From NCBI GenBank assembly GCA_963837955.1, contig CAWIPH010000002.1:2996487-3060486 (forward strand): 64,000 nt of DNA, written 5' to 3'. Positions within the stretch are counted from its first letter, which is position 1. Each line of letters begins with the position of its first letter. The position numbers were made by a program, and so were the translations under genes. Under the pieces are notes generated by a model. It was not told the DNA's origin. It saw only the letters and a program-made list of their open reading frames with translations, and did not search any database. The stretch is from an uncultured Verrucomicrobiae bacterium. Its GTDB lineage: Bacteria > Verrucomicrobiota > Verrucomicrobiia > Chthoniobacterales > JAFAMB01. Positions 37,711-47,010 of this stretch are shown in pieces.

Positions 37711-39519
37711 CTAGGACCTCTCAATGGCAACGCACTCAAGATGATCATCTACATTCCGCACCTTCCGGCGACGCTGAATCAGCCGATTCTCCAGGAACAA
37801 ATATTCGATTCCAGTCCCAAGGAATGTTTCTACTGCCTCCTTCGGGGAATTTACTATCGGTTGCCCTTTAACATTGAAACTGGTGTTTAATACCATCTCG
37901 CAACCGGTAATATTCCCCACCTCATGCAACAGACGATGAAACTGAGGATTATCTTTTTCAGAGACAGTTTGCACTCGGGCGCTTCCATCAACATGGGTGA
38001 TGGCGGGTAACTCCTTCCGGTATTCTTCTCGCACCAGCACCGTAGCAATCATGTAAGGCAGTTCTGTTCCCGGCGACACATCAAACCAAAGGTGCACTTG
38101 CTCCAAAGAAACGGCCGGCGCGAATGGTCTGAAAGCCTCCCTTTTTTTGACCATTGCATTAATCCGGTCCCGCATTGCCGGGTTTCCAGGATCCGCCAGA
38201 ATGCTACGGTTACCGAGAGCTCGAGGGCCAAATTCCATTCGGCCACGATACCACGCGATAACGCACCCCTGCGCTATCAGCCGAGCAGCTTCCTGACACG
38301 TCTTTTCCAGGCTCTCGAACTCGACCACCACAATCTCGTCAGCAAACTGACTTATATCCGCATCAATCTGCTTGGCCGAATATGCTGGACCATAGAACGG
38401 CACGGGCATGCGGATGTTCCGGACCGAATCGTTAGCCCATGAACCATACAGAGCAGCGCCGACCGCGGCGCCGTCGTCACCCGCAGCCGGCTGGACATAG
38501 ATTTCATCAAAGGTCCCAGAACGCATTAAACTCCCGTTAGCAGTACAATTCAGCGCGACTCCTCCGGCCAAGGCGAGCCGGCGTAAGCCGGTCTCGGATC
38601 CGAAGTGACCACAGATATGAAGAATGACTTTGTTCAGACACTCCTGCAAAGCAGCGGCAACATCCCGATGGGTCTGGGTGATATTCTCTTCGGGCGACCT
38701 GGCTGGTAACAGTCGCTCGGTCAGGAAACGGCGGGTCGCTAAGTAATTCTCGCGCTCTTCCCGTGTCTGGTTCAGACGGAGCGGCGGTATTCGTACCGTT
38801 CCATCTGCGTACAGCTCGACTGCCTCTTCAAAAAAACTGCGAAACCGGCTCGGATCGCCGTATGGGGCAAGCCCCATGATTTTGTACTCGTCCGCATTAA
38901 AGTCGAAACCAAGGTGAAGCGTAACGAGCGAATAGAATATGCCAATCGAATCGTTGGCAGATATTTTCTTGATTTCATCAAGTCCGTTTTTATCAGCGTG
39001 ATAGACCGTAACGCTTTGAGTCTCGCCCATCGCATCGATAACGATCACCAAGCATTCGTCCCATCCGGAAGTAAGAAAAGCGCTAGAAGCGTGCGCAAGA
39101 TGATGCGGGATCTGTTCTACCTTGCTCTCCGGCAGTCCAGGGAAAGCATTTTGGAGGTTTTGCAAAAGCGCTTCTCGGGAAAAAACAGTCCGATATAGTT
39201 CCGCCGAAACAGGGTCCAGATTGTACACCTCTTGGTACGGGGAATAATCGAAAGCGTGAACGACCAAATCGATGTCTTCCAGATTAAGGCCCGATTCGGC
39301 CAAGCAATAGCGAATTGCCCCCGCTGGAAGATCGCCTGTGTGTTTTTTTAGATTGAAGCGTTCTTCGGCGGCCGCAGCGACCAAACGACCATCAGTCACC
39401 AGCGCTGCCGCCGAGTCGTGCCCCTGAGAAATGCGGAGTTCTCGGATATCAGCGCTCGGCCAATGGGACGACTTAAACTTTACTGCGTTCGCTAATCCGC
39501 TAACCCCAAGGATTCGCAC
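37711..39519 (-). CDS. Carbamoyltransferase (NodU/CmcH family)
   Basis: It has a GTG start with GGAGG a few nt upstream. The N-terminus reads MRILGVSG...GHDSAAALV..G.LVAAAAEERFNLKKH. The C-terminal domain reads HVDGSARVQTV...LNTSFNVKGQPIVNSPKEAVETF. Confidence 0.9.
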   Translation of the reverse strand: MRILGVSGLANAVKFKSSHWPSADIRELRISQGHDSAAALVTDGRLVAAAAEERFNLKKHTGDLPAGAIRYCLAESGLNLEDIDLVVHAFDYSPYQEVYNLDPVSAELYRTVFSREALLQNLQNAFPGLPESKVEQIPHHLAHASSAFLTSGWDECLVIVIDAMGETQSVTVYHADKNGLDEIKKISANDSIGIFYSLVTLHLGFDFNADEYKIMGLAPYGDPSRFRSFFEEAVELYADGTVRIPPLRLNQTREERENYLATRRFLTERLLPARSPEENITQTHRDVAAALQECLNKVILHICGHFGSETGLRRLALAGGVALNCTANGSLMRSGTFDEIYVQPAAGDDGAAVGAALYGSWANDSVRNIRMPVPFYGPAYSAKQIDADISQFADEIVVVEFESLEKTCQEAARLIAQGCVIAWYRGRMEFGPRALGNRSILADPGNPAMRDRINAMVKKREAFRPFAPAVSLEQVHLWFDVSPGTELPYMIATVLVREEYRKELPAITHVDGSARVQTVSEKDNPQFHRLLHEVGNITGCEMVLNTSFNVKGQPIVNSPKEAVETFLGTGIEYLFLENRLIQRRRKVRNVDDHLECVAIERS

Positions 39520-39654
39520 GGTCCTCCAGTAGCAGAATAAGATTGGTGTTGACTACATTAAAGACAGGCATGCCTAAGGAGGAAAATACTTCTGTTACGG
39601 TTATTATGTTTTTTATGCGCTCCATAGATCCGGCCCGGCTGACCTGAGACGACG

Positions 39655-40338
39655 TCATTTGTTTAGACACTCGGCCGCCTCACTTGAGACCAGTCGTACC
39701 GGCAGTGTAAGGCGCGGCAACGCAATCGCCGAAACAAACCCGGGTATCGCATCGAGGAAACTGACCGCCAGTTCGCCTGCATCCAGCTGGTTGAGCGGTT
39801 GCGTTAGTCCTTCCCCAGTCAATTTTAGAAATGCCTCTTTAGCCACCCAGATCCGGAGAAGTGCTAAACGGCGACTCGGAAAAGGTAACGCTGAAACTCT
39901 TCGCCATTCTGATTGCGAGCAAACGGTCCGCGCGAATTCATCTTCATCGAGGGCACGCGCTTCCGGTTCGATATCAACCCCGACCGGATCGACACAGGTA
40001 ACCGCGATCAGGGATTTTCCGTCCGAGTGAGACACGTTGAAATGCAGGCCCGCCTCCGCCAAGAAAGGTTTCCCCCGTTTTTGGTATTCAAACTTCAGCC
40101 GCTCTGGGGCACGGTTCAGGTAAGCGCCCAGAATCCTCTTTAAAATGGAACGACACACTACGAATCGCTCGCGATCGATTTCTCTTCGGAACCGGTGCGC
40201 CCGCTCCCGTTCAGTCGATTCCAGAATATCCCAATCATCTTCTTCAACTGGCCTATCCAAAGATATGGTCCACACGTCAACGCTCGATTCGGGAAGACAA
40301 AGAGCGGGCAAAATCATCTTTGGATAATGACAAATCAT
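39655..40338 (-). CDS. Sfp-type 4'-phosphopantetheinyl transferase
   Basis: Motifs FNVSHSDG, PVGVDIE and WVAKEAFLKLTGEG are present. At 227 aa it is typical for the Sfp/HetI group. Confidence 0.85.
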   Translation of the reverse strand: MICHYPKMILPALCLPESSVDVWTISLDRPVEEDDWDILESTERERAHRFRREIDRERFVVCRSILKRILGAYLNRAPERLKFEYQKRGKPFLAEAGLHFNVSHSDGKSLIAVTCVDPVGVDIEPEARALDEDEFARTVCSQSEWRRVSALPFPSRRLALLRIWVAKEAFLKLTGEGLTQPLNQLDAGELAVSFLDAIPGFVSAIALPRLTLPVRLVSSEAAECLNK

Positions 40339-40524
40339 GGATCTTGCGTCTCTCTCATTTTGGCGGGATTAAAATCGGTAGTGTAGAAGCCTGTAATTGG
40401 AGAGATCGGCTTTTTACCAGGCTTCTGAAGCCAATAATACCGATAATTCCAGATTCGCTGCTCGCGCCGCCCGCGTTGCATAGGCATGGAGCTTCGAGTG
40501 CGCCTATTCCCGCAACGCAATGTA

Positions 40525-41550
40525 CTAGTTGGGAGAGATCTGGGCCTCCGCGGATATACGCTTTACCTCTTCGAATTCCGGACCCCGCCACCAGCTCCGG
40601 TAGAGCAATATGTTTCCATGCCGTACCGCATCCAGAATCGGCTGGCGCACACGCGCTAGATCAACGTTGCCGGTATAAACCACACTAAAGGCCTTCGGGG
40701 AAGTCGTGTAGTGCTCCCAGGCGGGGGTACGAGTCCCGGGCCACTTTTCTAGTGCAGCTGGATCATAATAAGGCGCGCAACAACTAAAATAACTCGCGTT
40801 TTCAAACTCCGGAACTAGCAAAGCATCGGGATATTTCTCGTGTAGTCGTTCAAAGATGCCGATGTCATACAATCCGAAATTCCAGAAACCAAAGTTCGAG
40901 TCGATGTAAAATAAAGAGCAGTTCCAGCGCCTCCGAGCATAGGCAATCTTGCGATCCAGTTCGTCGTAAATTGCATCGGAGTCGAAATAATATTCCTTTT
41001 GCTCATAGCGGTCTGGCTTTGCAAATTCGAGATGTTGAGGTCTGAGTAAAACCCCGACCCGGAGGGACGCTTCCGTGAATTTGTGAAAGAACTCGTCGAC
41101 AACTTCGTCCATTTCGGGTGCGATGCGCGCCAACATTCCCGGATTGCCAATGTATGTCGGATTGGGATGTGGAAATTGCTCGCCTTCAACGTCCCAGACA
41201 ATCATACCTTGCGCATTCATTTCTCGGAGCAACTGAACGGATCGGTCGGCATAAGCGAGAAGCGCTCGTCGAAATTCCTCGCGTCCACCCGGTGTCGTAA
41301 CGTCAAGATGTTCATCGTTAAACCAGCCCCGTGGATTGCCCTTCCAGCCGGCATTGTCTCGGGCAAGAAATAACGCGCCGATGGGGCGTCTATCTGGCCA
41401 GTCAACTGAATTGGTACGGGCCGGTTTGCAGCTCGCGAATAGGAAGAGCGAAACGATGATCATTACGATTCGTCCAGTAACGGACTGGCCGGGTTTCGAC
41501 GGCCAAGCATAAGAGCTCTCCTTATAACTCCCATATTTATTCGATCCCAT
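40525..41550 (-). CDS. Secreted or lipid-anchored protein of unknown function, paralogue A (possible glycoside-hydrolase-like fold, unverified)
   Basis: The N-terminal hydrophobic segment ends ...LFLFASCKP, which is lipobox-like. It shares WPDRRPIG, GMIVWDVEGE, LRVGVLLRP, RRRWNCSLFYIDSN and VRHGNILLYRSWW with ORF 42471..43706. Confidence 0.6.
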   Translation of the reverse strand: MGSNKYGSYKESSYAWPSKPGQSVTGRIVMIIVSLFLFASCKPARTNSVDWPDRRPIGALFLARDNAGWKGNPRGWFNDEHLDVTTPGGREEFRRALLAYADRSVQLLREMNAQGMIVWDVEGEQFPHPNPTYIGNPGMLARIAPEMDEVVDEFFHKFTEASLRVGVLLRPQHLEFAKPDRYEQKEYYFDSDAIYDELDRKIAYARRRWNCSLFYIDSNFGFWNFGLYDIGIFERLHEKYPDALLVPEFENASYFSCCAPYYDPAALEKWPGTRTPAWEHYTTSPKAFSVVYTGNVDLARVRQPILDAVRHGNILLYRSWWRGPEFEEVKRISAEAQISPN

Positions 41551-41723
41551 TATTTTCAGTGCAGTAAGCTCAAATTAAAACTACGACTCGAAATGAAACC
41601 CGCTTCGGCGCGCGTCGTTACTCAGTTATCACAGATCCAGTCAAGGTTTTGGCGCATCCAAGCCAGCCAATAGATCGGTTCCGGCTGCAGCCGAACGATA
41701 CAATCATAAAATTTTAGCTGAGA

Positions 41724-42470
41724 ATGACTTTAACTCCTCTCGAGTTCCTTCGTGTCTGCTGCATGATCCTGACAACCGCGTGGTTCTGCGGGCCCCTGCG
41801 AGCTCAAACCTCTGTCTCGCTTACCGTTCCTGGCACCTCAGATATTTTTGCGGCCGGCCTCTCCTCCGTTCCGAATTTACCGGCGGGCGGCGGCTCTTTG
41901 CCGATTGACCTGACCTTGAATAGTGTTCCGATCCTTACCTTCCAGACGACCGGCACCATAATCCTCGATAACACCACACCCACCAGCCAAAGCGGTCCCG
42001 ACGGGGGCAGCTTCCAGGGCCCGACTGATATCAATTCACTCGGCGGTATTTCGGGAATAAAGGCCCCCAACACTGGGTTCCTTGTCGGAGTCTTCCTTCC
42101 GGCAGCCGGCCAATCTTCCAACCCGCCGCCAACTCTGGATTTTAACACTATCGGAACGAACTTCACTACCCTTGCTCCAGCGCTCGGTCAGGTTTTCTTC
42201 ATCGGCGACGGCCTGACCGGAACCGGCTATGGCACCGTTCAACAGTTTATTGTTCCGAATGGCGCTACCAATCTATTCCTCGGTATCGCCGATGCAGATA
42301 ACGTGCAGGGACCTCCGGGACACTACGGAGATAACGGCGGCCAATTTAATGTAACGGTTACGTCTGTGCCGGAAACCTCGACCTGGGTTCTGCTGTTGCT
42401 TGGCCTAGGCTTGGTCAGCGTTTTGTCTGTTGCACAACGGCGCGAGCCTGCGCATCTATCTTTTCACTGA
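41724..42470 (+). CDS. PEP-CTERM sorting-domain protein (secreted, beta-rich)
   Basis: It has an N-terminal signal peptide (ILTTAWFCGPLRAQT). The C-terminus VPETSTWVLLLLGLGLVSVLSVAQRRE fits the pattern of a PEP-like motif, a TM helix and a basic cluster. Confidence 0.8.
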   Translation: MTLTPLEFLRVCCMILTTAWFCGPLRAQTSVSLTVPGTSDIFAAGLSSVPNLPAGGGSLPIDLTLNSVPILTFQTTGTIILDNTTPTSQSGPDGGSFQGPTDINSLGGISGIKAPNTGFLVGVFLPAAGQSSNPPPTLDFNTIGTNFTTLAPALGQVFFIGDGLTGTGYGTVQQFIVPNGATNLFLGIADADNVQGPPGHYGDNGGQFNVTVTSVPETSTWVLLLLGLGLVSVLSVAQRREPAHLSFH

Positions 42471-42551
42471 ATGATGTGCACCCAGCTCCTTGGTCTGCTG
42501 TTTCAGGATTGCAGCCCTCAAGGACGCGGCCTGAGACCGACTTCATCTGTC

Positions 42552-43706
42552 ATGGCTCCATCTAGGACGGCCCGCCGCGGTGGGCCACGCTGCAAAGAGC
42601 ATATCTGGCCGTCACCCCGCTGTAAGAGGTGGTCGAGCGACTGGCTATCCCTGGCCCTGGTCACGTTGCTTACTACCTGCTACCTTGCAGCCGCTCAGTC
42701 GACTCCCACGCCGTCGCCGGTCGAGCATCAGGCAGAAAATTCATTCATCTGGCAAACCTGGACTGACCGCCGACCGATCGGACAACTGATCCTGGCTGGG
42801 GCTAGTAGGGGAAAAGAGGATCCTCCTGGGAGTGACAGTTGGACGGACTGGAACAAATGGAATTTGCCCAACGTCGATTACCGGACCCCGGCCGGGCTAA
42901 CAGATTTCCATCAGAAGATGTTGGCTTACTGCGCGACCACCCGGGACAACATCCTGAAAGTTGGCGGTCAGGGCGTTATTGTGTGGGATATTGAAGGCGA
43001 AGGCCGAGGGTATTTGACCTTCCTCGGTGATCCCCGGCTCACCCATGCATGTGCTCCAGAGGTGGATTCAATCGCAGACGAAATGTTTGCGATCTTTAAG
43101 AAGGCCGGGCTAAGGATCGGCGTCTGCTTACGTGCCGATACGATCGCCTTAAAGGCGGATGGACTTCCGGTCTCCCAGACTCACCAATCCTATTATAAAT
43201 CTCGCGCCCAAGCAGTCGGAGATCTAGACGCCAAGCTTTCCTACGCAAAGAACAGGTGGGGCTGTACGATCTTTTACATCGACTCGAATGGGGACGACGG
43301 ACAATACATCGGAGAGAAAGACCGCGCCGGCATTTATCCGGCCAGTGTTTATCAGGAACTGTTTCGGCGCCATCCGGATTGCCTCTTCTGCCCAGAAGAA
43401 TATTACAACAACGGCACCGGAGGATCGAATGACAGCTACTCGCGGGTCACTGCTCCCTATGAAGAGCTCCGGGTCTCTTCTCCTGCAGTGGGAGGCGTCT
43501 CAGATTATCCCGCCGGTACCCGCAACCAGTTCCCTGGGGCCTTTATGCTCCTCTGCATCTCCGATGGCGACATCAAAGGCAACAAGGCGAAGCTCGTCGC
43601 GGGCGTAAGAGCGGGAAATATCCTCTTGTTCCGCGCTTGGTTCTGGTCACATGAGATGGATGACGTCACAGAGATTCTCAACGCAGCCAAATCCGCGCAC
43701 CGTTAG
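42552..43706 (+). CDS. Secreted protein of unknown function, paralogue B of 40525..41550
   Basis: The ATG at 42552 precedes a signal-like WLSLALVTLLTTCYLAAAQS; the ORF is open from 42471. It shares WTDRRPIG, GVIVWDIEGE, LRIGVCLRA, KNRWGCTIFYIDSN and VRAGNILLFRAWF with paralogue A. Confidence 0.6.
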   Translation: MAPSRTARRGGPRCKEHIWPSPRCKRWSSDWLSLALVTLLTTCYLAAAQSTPTPSPVEHQAENSFIWQTWTDRRPIGQLILAGASRGKEDPPGSDSWTDWNKWNLPNVDYRTPAGLTDFHQKMLAYCATTRDNILKVGGQGVIVWDIEGEGRGYLTFLGDPRLTHACAPEVDSIADEMFAIFKKAGLRIGVCLRADTIALKADGLPVSQTHQSYYKSRAQAVGDLDAKLSYAKNRWGCTIFYIDSNGDDGQYIGEKDRAGIYPASVYQELFRRHPDCLFCPEEYYNNGTGGSNDSYSRVTAPYEELRVSSPAVGGVSDYPAGTRNQFPGAFMLLCISDGDIKGNKAKLVAGVRAGNILLFRAWFWSHEMDDVTEILNAAKSAHR

Positions 43707-43814
43707 ATTTTGCTGGCATCGTCTCAGAGTACATCACTGATCAGCTGCAAGCCGTCTTGCTCGTAGGTCGCTTTCGTCCCTCAGCAACCAGTGCTATGGA
43801 TTTGCTTTACCCTC

Positions 43815-45056
43815 ATGGCCACAGACACAGGACGGAATTTGAAGGAATCGAACGCAGCACCGGCAGGAAGCGAAACCGTTTTACTCGTTTTGGTGGCTGC
43901 CAGCTTCTCCCATCTCCTCAATGACACCATTCAATCCCTTATCCCGGCGATTTATCCGGTTCTGAAGGATTCGTTTCGGCTCAACTTTGCCCAAATCGGT
44001 TTGATCACGCTAACTTTCCAGCTGACCGCTTCGTTGCTGCAGCCGCTGGTGGGTCTTTATACCGACCATCGGCCGCAGCCATTTTCGTTAGCCATCGGAA
44101 TGGCCTTATCCTTGGTAGGGCTGGTTCTGCTCGCGTTCGCTAATAACTACCCAATGATCTTGGTGGCCGCAGCTTCCGTTGGGTTGGGCTCTTCCATTTT
44201 TCACCCCGAAGCATCTCGCCTAGCCCGCCTCGCTTCTGGCGGCCGCTACGGGTTTGCCCAATCACTTTTTCAAGTCGGAGGCAATGCCGGCCAATCTTTG
44301 GGACCTCTTCTGGCGGCACTGATAATTGGCGCGCGAGCCAGAAGCAACGTCATCTGGTTCACGTTGGCTGCACTAGCCGGAATCATCGTGCTTTACAACG
44401 CGGGCCGCTGGTATCAACAAAACCTGACCCGAGCGCATCAGCACATTAGGCGACCAGTCACCCACACGCATCTTCCTCCGAGACAAGTTGGAGTGGCCCT
44501 GGCTGTTCTCATTAGCTTGATTTTTTCGAAGTTTTTCTATCTCGAGAGCATGAGAAGCTATTTTACGTTCTATCTCATCGCAAAGTTCCAGCTACCGGTA
44601 CAGCACGCCCAGTTGCTTCTGTTTCTCTTTCTGTTTTCGGTCGCGGCCGGAACCATCATCGGAGGGCCAATCGGAGACCGTTTTGGACGCAAGTACGTAA
44701 TCTGGATATCGATATTGGGCGTCGCGCCCCTCACGTTGCTGTTGCCGTACGTCGGTCTTTTCTGGACGGTAGTGCTCAGCATCCTGATCGGATTAATCTT
44801 GTCCTCGGCTTTTCCTACCATCCTGGTTTACGCTCAAGAATTGCTTCCAGGGAAGGTCGGGCTCATTTCCGGGCTTTTCTTTGGCTTAGCCTTCGGAATG
44901 GCCGGCATCGGATCCGCCGTCTTTGGCCAGCTGGCAGATCACACGAGCATCGAGTACGTGTATTGGATCTGTTCATTTCTCCCCCTTATTGGACTCCTCA
45001 CCGCATTTCTCCCAAATCTGGATAAAACTACAACAACCGCACCGGTCGAACCGTGA
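43815..45056 (+). CDS. MFS transporter (Fsr/fosmidomycin-resistance-like subfamily)
   Basis: It has about 12 TM segments. The N-terminal FSHLLNDTIQSLIPAIYPVLKDSF.L...QIGLITLTFQLTASLLQPLVGLYTDHRP resembles Fsr-type MFS proteins. An alternative GTG start lies at 43791. Confidence 0.8.
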   Translation: MATDTGRNLKESNAAPAGSETVLLVLVAASFSHLLNDTIQSLIPAIYPVLKDSFRLNFAQIGLITLTFQLTASLLQPLVGLYTDHRPQPFSLAIGMALSLVGLVLLAFANNYPMILVAAASVGLGSSIFHPEASRLARLASGGRYGFAQSLFQVGGNAGQSLGPLLAALIIGARARSNVIWFTLAALAGIIVLYNAGRWYQQNLTRAHQHIRRPVTHTHLPPRQVGVALAVLISLIFSKFFYLESMRSYFTFYLIAKFQLPVQHAQLLLFLFLFSVAAGTIIGGPIGDRFGRKYVIWISILGVAPLTLLLPYVGLFWTVVLSILIGLILSSAFPTILVYAQELLPGKVGLISGLFFGLAFGMAGIGSAVFGQLADHTSIEYVYWICSFLPLIGLLTAFLPNLDKTTTTAPVEP

Positions 45057-45307
45057 TGCTGCATCAATTAGCGATTGCTGCAGGCGAAAACAGCAAATAG
45101 CGAAACTGGAAAACGCAGACGGAAATGAGGAAACTCATTCGGGCCCGCCCGCCATTATCAAACCACGATTGGATACTAATGGACGCGAATAAAACCAGAT
45201 CCCTATTCGTGCCTGTCCGCCATAGTCCGTCGCTACCAGGCGACTGCCGCGTTATGCCGGACGCCGGCGGATACATTCGCGTTTATTCGTGGTTTTGAAT
45301 ACCTGCG

Positions 45308-45676
45308 ATGGACAGCACATGGCTCCGGTTCGGATTGAGTGCCAGTTTTTTAGCCATTTTGGCCACAACCGGATGCACAACCCGGAAGTCGGTCTCGCCG
45401 CCCGCTCCATCATACCCGGCCGTGCCGCTAACTTCGGTGCGCGTTCTGGATCAGCTGCCGAGTCCACCATACGAAGCATTAGGGACCATCACAGTGCAAA
45501 CCGACGCGGATGCTAATCGAGAAAAAGCCATCGCCGACATTCGACAAAGGGCGGGAAACGACGGAGCAAACGCTATCGTGATCTTATCAGAAAAGGTGTT
45601 CAGCTGGCGCAACGAAGCTATCCACCAGCGGCTCCGTTCGCGCCGGATCGTTGCCCGTGCGCTTCGGCTGCCTTAG
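45308..45676 (+). CDS. Small lipoprotein (hypothetical)
   Basis: It has a signal sequence with a lipobox-like LATTGC, followed by a soluble domain of about 90 aa. Confidence 0.5.
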   Translation: MDSTWLRFGLSASFLAILATTGCTTRKSVSPPAPSYPAVPLTSVRVLDQLPSPPYEALGTITVQTDADANREKAIADIRQRAGNDGANAIVILSEKVFSWRNEAIHQRLRSRRIVARALRLP

Positions 45677-45754
45677 CTGGGGCCTTATTTCCCACTAGCG
45701 AACGACAAGATCTGCAGCACGTTCATTTCCCTGGTGCTGCCCGTGAACGAATGC

Positions 45755-46768
45755 TCAGAGCCGAATCACTAGTTTGCCGTTGGCTTGGTTTGACTCCATC
45801 AAGCGATGGGCTTCCCGGATATCTTCGAACGGAAAAACCTTCGCCGGTTTTGCCTTGTACGCACGGGCAGCAGCCCGATCGATTATCGTCTGGAACGGGA
45901 CATCCGATAGAGGAAAATCCGGCATGCCGTACATAAAACTGCCGAAAAAACTGAAATGCACGCCACTCGGCATTTGGAGCAGCGGATTGAAAGAGGCAAT
46001 CGGAGCAAGACCCCCCAAGAACCCGGCCAGACAGACGCGTCCGCCGCAGCGCGCCATAGCGAGCGAATCAAGGAGGGTGCTATTGCCGACCAACTCCAAC
46101 ACCGCGTCCACACCCTCTGGATAAAGTTTGCGAACGCGGCGGGAAAGGTCCGGACCTTCCAGATCGACGTGTTCCGCCCCTAAGCCTTCCAACATCGAAA
46201 TCCGATCGCGATTGCGGGTTGTTGCGATAACGTGCGCGCCAGCCTGTGCAGCGATGTTTAAAGCCGCCTGTCCGAGTGCCGATGTAGCTCCCCGTATGAC
46301 GAGAGTCTGATCAGGGACGAGCGCAAGATTACCGTGCAGGCAGGTCCAGGCTGTCGCATAGGATTCCGGAATTGCCGCGAGTTCCTCCCAAGAAAGGTCG
46401 GACTCAATCGGCATCACATTCGTCGCCGGCACGCGCGTGTATTCGGCGTAGCTGCCATCGATCGTGCGCCCCATGCCCCCCATCAACGCCACAACCTTTT
46501 GGCCCTCGGCGAGCCGGCCCTCGGGATCGGCCTTTACCAAACCCACGCATTCGATGCCACTCACCTTGGCTACATCGCCCCATTCCCCTTTTCTCATGTA
46601 GGTCTCGGCGTGATTCACTCCGAATGCTTTGACTTGGATAACCACGTGGCCGGGTTTTGGTTCAGGAATAGCTAGCTCCTGAATCACTAATTCCTCAGGA
46701 CCGCCATATCGTTGTCTGACAATCGCGCGCATCTTCTCTTCGTTTTTTTGAATTGTTTCGGTGTTCAT
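45755..46768 (-). CDS. Medium-chain (zinc-type) dehydrogenase / quinone oxidoreductase family protein
   Basis: It starts with a GroES-like N-terminus (MRAIV...GPEELVIQELAIPEPKPGHVVIQVKAFGVNHAE). The Rossmann segment reads VIRGATSALGQAALNIA. Confidence 0.85.
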   Translation of the reverse strand: MNTETIQKNEEKMRAIVRQRYGGPEELVIQELAIPEPKPGHVVIQVKAFGVNHAETYMRKGEWGDVAKVSGIECVGLVKADPEGRLAEGQKVVALMGGMGRTIDGSYAEYTRVPATNVMPIESDLSWEELAAIPESYATAWTCLHGNLALVPDQTLVIRGATSALGQAALNIAAQAGAHVIATTRNRDRISMLEGLGAEHVDLEGPDLSRRVRKLYPEGVDAVLELVGNSTLLDSLAMARCGGRVCLAGFLGGLAPIASFNPLLQMPSGVHFSFFGSFMYGMPDFPLSDVPFQTIIDRAAARAYKAKPAKVFPFEDIREAHRLMESNQANGKLVIRL

Positions 46769-47010
46769 GACTGTTTCCTTGCTTTGGGCCGGCCCTATTG
46801 GGACGACATAGGTTCAGACAAGAACTGCCGGGCGTTGTGACAGTTTCCCGGGAACATTTTTTGGCGGACCAGCGCACCTCACGTACAGCGGTGGTGTCCT
46901 CGCAGTCATGCGTGCGCGCCAAAACGAGGACTTGCAATTAGGCTCGGACTGGTCCGTCAACGACCAAGGAATCGATGCCGGCTTCTCAGCCGTCCGGAGG
47001 ACTTGTCCCA

